A DNA stretch of 64,000 nt, taken from assembly GCA_043228905.1 (NCBI GenBank), contig JBHGNT010000008.1:9052001-9116000 (forward strand), in the 5' to 3' direction. Positions 58,486 to 64,000 of the stretch are shown piece after piece. Under the pieces are notes generated by a model. It worked only from the letters and a program-made list of their open reading frames with translations. It was not told the DNA's origin and did no database searches. Position 1 is the first letter of the stretch. The number at the start of each line of letters is the position of its first letter. The stretch comes from Azolla caroliniana (lineage: Eukaryota > Plantae > Polypodiophyta). The position numbers were made by a program, and so were the translations under genes.

Positions 58486-60681
58486 ATGGATGACAAATAT
58501 CTCATGGAGGCAATGTCAAAAAGGATAATGGAGTTTCTGAGAGAAGGGAAAAGCAGAAATGAAACCCAACAAGCCGTCGACAAGGTAGTCGAGCAAGTGA
58601 GCTATTTCAACGGTGCCAAAGTCCAAAGTTTTCTAAAAGTCTACAATGCGGAGATGGATTCAAGAGGTGTGGACAAAGCTATGAGGCTAGAGTACTTTTG
58701 TCGGGTGGTGTCTCAACCGATCTTCAAAGATGTAAAAGAGCTTCTAGAAGCTCATGATTCGTGGGCAACTTTCGAGAAGGCTCTATTGGAGGAATATGGC
58801 TATGAGAGACTAAAGGGACAAGATCGACACAACTTCGACCAATGGGTGACATCGGCGAAGACCTACCAAGGCGTGACACAAGCATTCATAGACTTCGAGT
58901 GTCGTTTTTCTCAACTGTCGGAGCGGGAACAAAGATTGGTGAGGGTCAATAAGGTCCTTATGTTTGTGAAGTCAATCAATCGAATGGAAAGGATGTCCAT
59001 CGGCCTCAAACTCGAAGAAGATGATGGTGCAAATGGCCTCATCGAGGATTGGAGCAAAGTGGAAAGTGTATGCTGACTACACGATAAGGGGCGAGCGAGA
59101 ATATCGACGACAACAAGACGGCCCATGAGGGACGATCGAAGAGGGGCGAGATGCAGCAACGCACCACCAACAAAAGAAATAAAGCTTAAAAGGGAGACAA
59201 AACCAAGGTGAATGGTGATCGAGGAAGAAGAGACCTCCCAACAAATGTGGGTTAATGAAGTGGCCGATACAAAGGCTCAGGTTCGGTATGACGGTACCAA
59301 GAGAGAAGGTGTGAAACAAGTCACCTTCTTGTCTTACGAAGAAACGACAGCCAAGGAGGAGGCCGATGACTCGAGGACGGCGAACGCCACTTCGAGGGAG
59401 GATAAATGTTTCGGAACACGCATTGTGTACGAAACATCGGGTGATGAAGGCGCAAGCATGAGAAAAGCTTGCATGATCGAGGGAGATAAAGTGTTTGACT
59501 CTGAAGAGATTGTGGAGGTAGCCATTACAAATGACATCGAGTCGGAGGTGGCTATGGACGAGTCGACAACGGATAGCCATGTCAAGACTTTCTCCACGAT
59601 TGTTCTAGAGACTTCGGCGGTTGCGCCCGTGTGCCAACGTGAGACCGGAGAGACGGAAGGTGGTGACAGGAAGACGAAGGCCCAACACAAGGAGGAAGAA
59701 GATCGAGGAAGAAAGGATATCCCCACACCTATTCTAGAGACATCGGCGGTTGTGCACGTGCGCCAACGTGAGACCGGAGAGACGGAATGTGTGGACGGAA
59801 AAGCGAACGACCGGAAGGGCGATGAGGAAGACAAGGTAAATGTGCATGAACGAAGGGATTCCTTCACACTGGTTCCGAAGACTTTGGCAGTCGAGACCAT
59901 GTGTCGACATAAGACCGAAGATAAAGGAGGTGGTGGAGAGGAGACAATATGGCTCGAGGCGAGCATACACGGAGGGAAGGATGTGGCCGACGAGGAGGCC
60001 AAGGATGAAGCAGCGGTTGAGTTCAATGGAGAGGCGGCATGCGGGAAGGAAGGAAGAGTCGAGAACCGGTCGAACCGGAAGACGATGCAACCAGGATTCC
60101 GGCCCGAACGAAGGAAGATCCACATGGGAGTCGATCGACCGGGGCCGACCCTGCCGAAACCTGATTCGGCCGAAATTGATCGGACAATCCCGATCCAAAA
60201 GGGGGCCGATCCGACAGGAATCAATCGGTCGAGCCCGACTCAGCGAAATGCGAATACAGACGAAGGCCAACCGAGCCAAGAAGCGATCGGCGGAGACCGA
60301 TCCGGACAACGGAAAACCTAGCATAATCGAAGATCGACACGAACGATCCACAACACCCAGTTGAAGACGGTGAGCACGAGGAGTGGCCAGGAGTCCAATC
60401 GAAGGACACGCGTGGTGGACGAAGGAAGAGCAGTCGGATCGACGACATCGTTCGGTAGATCTACTACAACCGATCGGGGAAGAATGTGTGAGCGCCGGAT
60501 ATGGTGGATCGGGTGGCTACGGTGGTTCAGTTGGAAAGATTGCGCATACTTGAAGTGGAAGAAGAAATCAGATGAGCGTGCAGAGGAACTCGGTTGATCA
60601 CCGTTGCCAAATATCTCAGCTCTTCACCGTTCTCGGCACATACCGGAGGATGTGCGGGTTTGGTGGGGGTGGATGTCGTGA
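58486..60681 (+). pseudogene. H Gag-like ORF, homolog of the E ORF; one frame with 4 internal stops (59074, 59209, 60319, 60595)
   Basis: LEEDDGANGLIEDWSKVESVC, IESEVAMDES, ETSAV...QRETGET repeats and RRIWWIGWLRWFSWK. Ends RHIPEDVRVWWGWMS* inside the 3' LTR (E ends RHIPEDVRVWRGRVS*). Confidence 0.87.
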
Positions 60682-61156
60682 TGATTTTCGGCTACGGTGT
60701 GAAACCGAGTGAGACGAATAAACCAAGGATGTGCAACATTGCACATGCACTTAGCAAATAAACCTAAGGCCTAGTGGCACAAAACCATGGTTCTAAACCC
60801 ATGGTTTGTGCATGACATAAGCAAAATTGTGTGCACAAAACCATGGTTTTAGCCCACGGTTTTGTGCATGTCACAAGCATGGAAAGACCTATAAAAGCCT
60901 CTAGTTGGGCTTGTGTAAGGGGGACTCAATATGTGATATCACCAACACCATTATCATCAATATAATTATATTTGTCTTTATCTTCTTCATATTTTTTCTA
61001 CTTCTCAAGTGTACAATCTTTCTTCTTCTCAAGTAAACCAATTTCATCTAATCTTACATTGATCGTCATCTCTTCGATAATTCTGCAAACATCCTCCCCA
61101 GTCCAAGACCCCGGTGGTCGCTCGAGTAGCACACGTATGCGCGAATCTTCGCGACA
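60674..61156 (+). repeat. 3' LTR of H
   Basis: Matches 58075-58441. Contains palindromic GCACAAAACCATGG repeats and CCTATAAAA. Confidence 0.9.
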
Positions 61157-61753
61157 TCGGTAACACCCGTGTGCTTCCAACAGGGGCTCCATTGCGTGTT
61201 TCGAGTGTGTGTGCGTGGGTGTGTCTTTTGGTCGTGACGATTGTAATCTTGGGAGCATTGTAATCACTTATTAGGTTGAATCGATTCTTTGAGTTATTGT
61301 CTCCCAGTGTATCTGTGTGCTCTCTAACCTGTTGTTGTCTCGCGACTGGTTGGGAGCGCGCCCCTGTCTGTTCTTTGTATGCTATCGTGTTTCCAATGAG
61401 CCGATGAGAGCTAGTTGTGTTTTCGTTTGGTTCGGTGAGCATTGCATGCTGATAACGGGCACTTGTCGACCCTTGTTCAACTACTTGTCTGTAGCCGATA
61501 ATCGCCAGCTCATCGCCTCCGCTCTCTTCCCCTCCCTATTTCGTGCACTCCTCGGTCTAGGGCCCCTGTGGTCCCACCTTAGTTTCTCACGCGCAAGCAT
61601 AACAACACGACAACGTCACTGCTCCGGATCAGTTTTCGGTTCTCAGGGTCCTATAGCCGACAGTCAAAGTCCCATCGGTTCCATAACCGAGAAATATGCA
61701 TTTCGTTGCATGGGGTGCCAACTTGGTGCTTTTCTCCCTAGGGATAAACACAT

Positions 61754-62458
61754 TGTCGTGAAGATTTCCGGCTACGGTGAGAAAAACCGGGATGGACAAA
61801 TAAAATGGGGATGTGCAACATTCCACATGCACCTGTAAATTTGAGTAATAAGAATAAGTAAACAAAATGCAATGGGAAGAGTAATAATCTAAAGTGCTAA
61901 AGGTGCACCACGAAGTTTGTAGAGGCATAAATGTGATATGCACTTTGTAGAGTACGAGATGAGTAATGGACATAGTAGTATGTGTGAGGAGTGGGAGTTA
62001 AGGCCCATGAATCCCTCCTCCTAGAATCTAAGCAAATATCCCCATTGAATGAAGGGGATATTTAGTCTCTCCTTTTTGTAACGGCTTTCTCTCCTTATGT
62101 TATAAAAGGAGAGGAAGGGGCACCATTGAAGGGGTTGCCTATTTTGAGTGAGAAGAGGTATACCACTTAGGTTGAGGGTTTCTATTCGGTTTAGGGTTTC
62201 TTCATCTCTTTCTTTACTTATCTGATTAGGGTTTACATTCTACTTATGTTTTGAGTCCGGCCCACGCGGCCATGGTTGTAATCGCATTGCGGTTTCCATG
62301 CCCATAATATACATAACTTCATAAATCTTGTCTCTTTCTACTTTCTCTACCGTGTTAATCTCTTCCACTTTGCTCATACCCATCTTCCCATCTACTCCCT
62401 AGTCCAGGACCCCCATGGTTCCGCCTTATTCTACACACACGCGCGGAAATACGCGACA
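61754..62458 (+). mobile_element. Solo LTR K (B superfamily, 705 bp) in Z's integrase
   Basis: TGTCGTGAAGATT...CGCGACA. 4-bp TSD ACAT at 61750-61753 and 62459-62462. The first ~85 bp resemble the H LTR. U5 motif AGTCCAGGACCCCCATGGTT at 62401-62420. Confidence 0.88.
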
Positions 62459-62462
62459 ACAT

Positions 62463-64000
62463 AGGCTTCGCATCCAAATACACAGAGCCTATCGTAGGTT
62501 GGTTGTTTGCCTTACCATAGTGCCTATGGCACTTCAAGCGTGATTGCTTTCGATGGCGAAAGATTTACTAGGTATACCGTCGTCTGCAATGACTCGGCCC
62601 AGAACTCCAACTTCAGTCCGGCCTGCTGGAGCATTGGCATCACCCTCCCTTGGATCGTTCGGTTGATCTGTTCTGCCACTCCATTGTGCATGGGTGTGTA
62701 AGGAACAGTCTTTTGATGTCAGATCCCTTTGTTGGATATGTACTGCTTTAAGGATCTAGAGGTATATTCGCCTCCGTTGCCGGATCGGAGTGTCTTCACT
62801 CTATATCCAGAGCTCTACGGGTTGTCATACCATCTCGTAATGAAGAGAGTGTGGACTTCAGGTCTATTTCCCATATCGACAATGCTCGCAGAAGTCCTTC
62901 TTTGCTTGGAGTTTAGGGATGTTGCCAACCACCATCAGCCGATCAAGTTCGGCTTGAGACATATGACCGAGTCAGCCATGCCATAAGTTTGGGTCGGTCT
63001 TTTCGGCTACATTCACGACCCCTTCTAGATTGATCGCCATTAATGGGTACAAGTTATTGTACTTGTGTCCACTCCCAATTTTGAGATTTCCCAGATTGAT
63101 CATCCATATTGACTTACTTAGAGTCATTCGGTACCCATCTTCGGCTAACATGCCGATGGAGACCAAACTCCTTTTCAGATCGGGTACATGCATGACTTGG
63201 TGCAAGGTGATCATGTTGCCATTGGGCAATCGGATGGGAACCTCTCCAGTCCCTGCGATTCTGCACCCCTGCCCGTTGCCTAGTTGGACTGTGCTGCTGG
63301 CGTCGGCTAAATAGTTCGAAAACCATTCAATGTTGGGGGTCACGTGGAATGTGGCATCGGAATCTAGTAAGCACCATGTGTGCATCTTGTGCACTCTATA
63401 GGACTTCTCCAATCATGATCGAGTGACGACAACATTGATTTGGTTGCCTATAGGAGAGTGGTCCGAGTCGGGTCGTCCTCAATTCCACGTGGGTCTCCGA
63501 GCACTCTCTTTTTTCTTGATCGACCAGCAATCAAAAACATTGTGGCCGGCTTTTCTGTAGTGAGTGCAAAATTCTGATCGACCCGTTCTCGACTTCAACC
63601 GTTGTCGGTCTCCCCTCGTTTTTTATCATTGGTATTCTGACCAGTTCTGTCGCCTTGTTCTCTCATTCGACTCTATCGGTCGAACAACTCGGTCGAGTGA
63701 TGGGATTCTACCGATTCATCGATGGTGAGTCCCATCGATTTTCACCAAATGTCCTCGGTGAGGACTTGACTGATCATCTCATCTAGATTTAGGATCGGTT
63801 GGCTATTGGCGTATGTCGTGCAAAATACCTTCCAACTCGTCAGCAAGCTCGATAGGAGGGCAAGGGCTTTCACTTCTTCTTCGAAGTTGATCCCTTGTGA
63901 GGAGAGTTCTGACAACACCTGACTTAAGGTGTTGATGTGGGAGGTAGCCGGATCAGACTCTCCAATCTTCATGTTGAACAGTTGTTTGATCAACATCAGT
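62463..64000 (-). pseudogene. Copia Z integrase, protease and gag (degenerate; runs off the window)
   Basis: LRSGNGGEY, HNGVAEQIN, LLDSDATFHVTP, LFNMKIGESDPATSHIN. Confidence 0.88.

Larger units (their letters stand above)
54752..61156 (+). mobile_element. Non-autonomous gag-only LTR element H; 5' LTR truncated and split by I
   Basis: 5' LTR remnant at about 54752-54765 plus 58075-58441. PBS TGGTGAACCCGATGTGAA at 58447-58464. Hairpin 60636-60655, PPT 60662-60673. 3' LTR 60674-61156 (TGTCG...CGACA). Right flank TCGG. Confidence 0.88.
47555..61165 (+). mobile_element. Gypsy element G (divergent relative of D/F); 3' end mostly deleted; host of H
   Basis: 5' LTR 47555-48069 ends in TCGGTAACA, and the same 9 nt recur at 61157-61165. 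TSD CCCGT at 47550-47554 and 61166-61170. PBS TGGCACACCCGGTG at 48074-48087. Confidence 0.8.
47226..61612 (+). mobile_element. Solo LTR J (B superfamily; about 770 bp of own sequence at 47226-47554 and 61171-61612); host of G
   Basis: TGTTGTGAAG...CACGACA. 4-bp TSD ACGT at 47222-47225 and 61613-61616. TATAAAAGG near 47458. U5 motif GGTCTAGGGCCCCTGTGGTC at 61554-61573. Confidence 0.82.
687..64000 (-). mobile_element. Copia element Z (outermost host, degenerate). Own sequence at about 687-1630, 45539-47225, 61613-61753 and 62459->64000; 5' end lies outside the window
   Basis: Copia order on the minus strand: gag (63742-63996, ALALLSSL), protease (LLDSDATFH, 62972-63412), integrase, RT (45617-46700), RNase H (GGAISWRSKLQECTTLSTTEA, about 1240-1630). 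Reading frames rejoin across insertion A (GY|IFTYGGG) and insertion J (RSSDV|VLNKDS). Confidence 0.85.

Overview
This window is a eukaryotic, plant-type retrotransposon nest, most likely from a non-seed land plant (inference). I found no host protein-coding gene. From about 687 to the end of the window, every stretch can be assigned to one of 15 LTR-retrotransposon insertions, and 13 of them are bounded by target-site duplications (TSDs) readable on both sides. Nesting order: Copia Z > Copia A > Gypsy B > {Copia C, solo LTR S1, Copia Y > {Gypsy D > solo LTR S2, gag-only E, Gypsy F}}; also Z > solo LTR J > Gypsy G > gag-only H > element I; and Z > solo LTR K. Four results stand out. (1) Gypsy D and F have no polypurine tract (PPT). 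In its place, 2 nt before the 3' LTR, is a sense copy of a tRNA-Arg-like 3' end (...GTCCCAC(G/A)GGCGTGCCA), which suggests a second tRNA primes the plus strand. (2) B, E, H, J and K form one TGTCG...CGACA superfamily with a shared U5 motif. Its three non-solo members share a tRNA-Trp primer-binding site (PBS) and a hairpin+PPT cassette. Its TSDs are 4 bp, mostly centred on CpG, and it includes a pol-encoding member (B) and Gag-only derivatives (E, H). (3) The LTR of E carries a tRNA-like Pol III A/B-box module. (4) D, F and G share an extra ORF 3' of pol, about 900-1000 aa in D and F. All comparisons were made by eye, and tRNA identities are from recalled plant tRNA sequences and need database confirmation.
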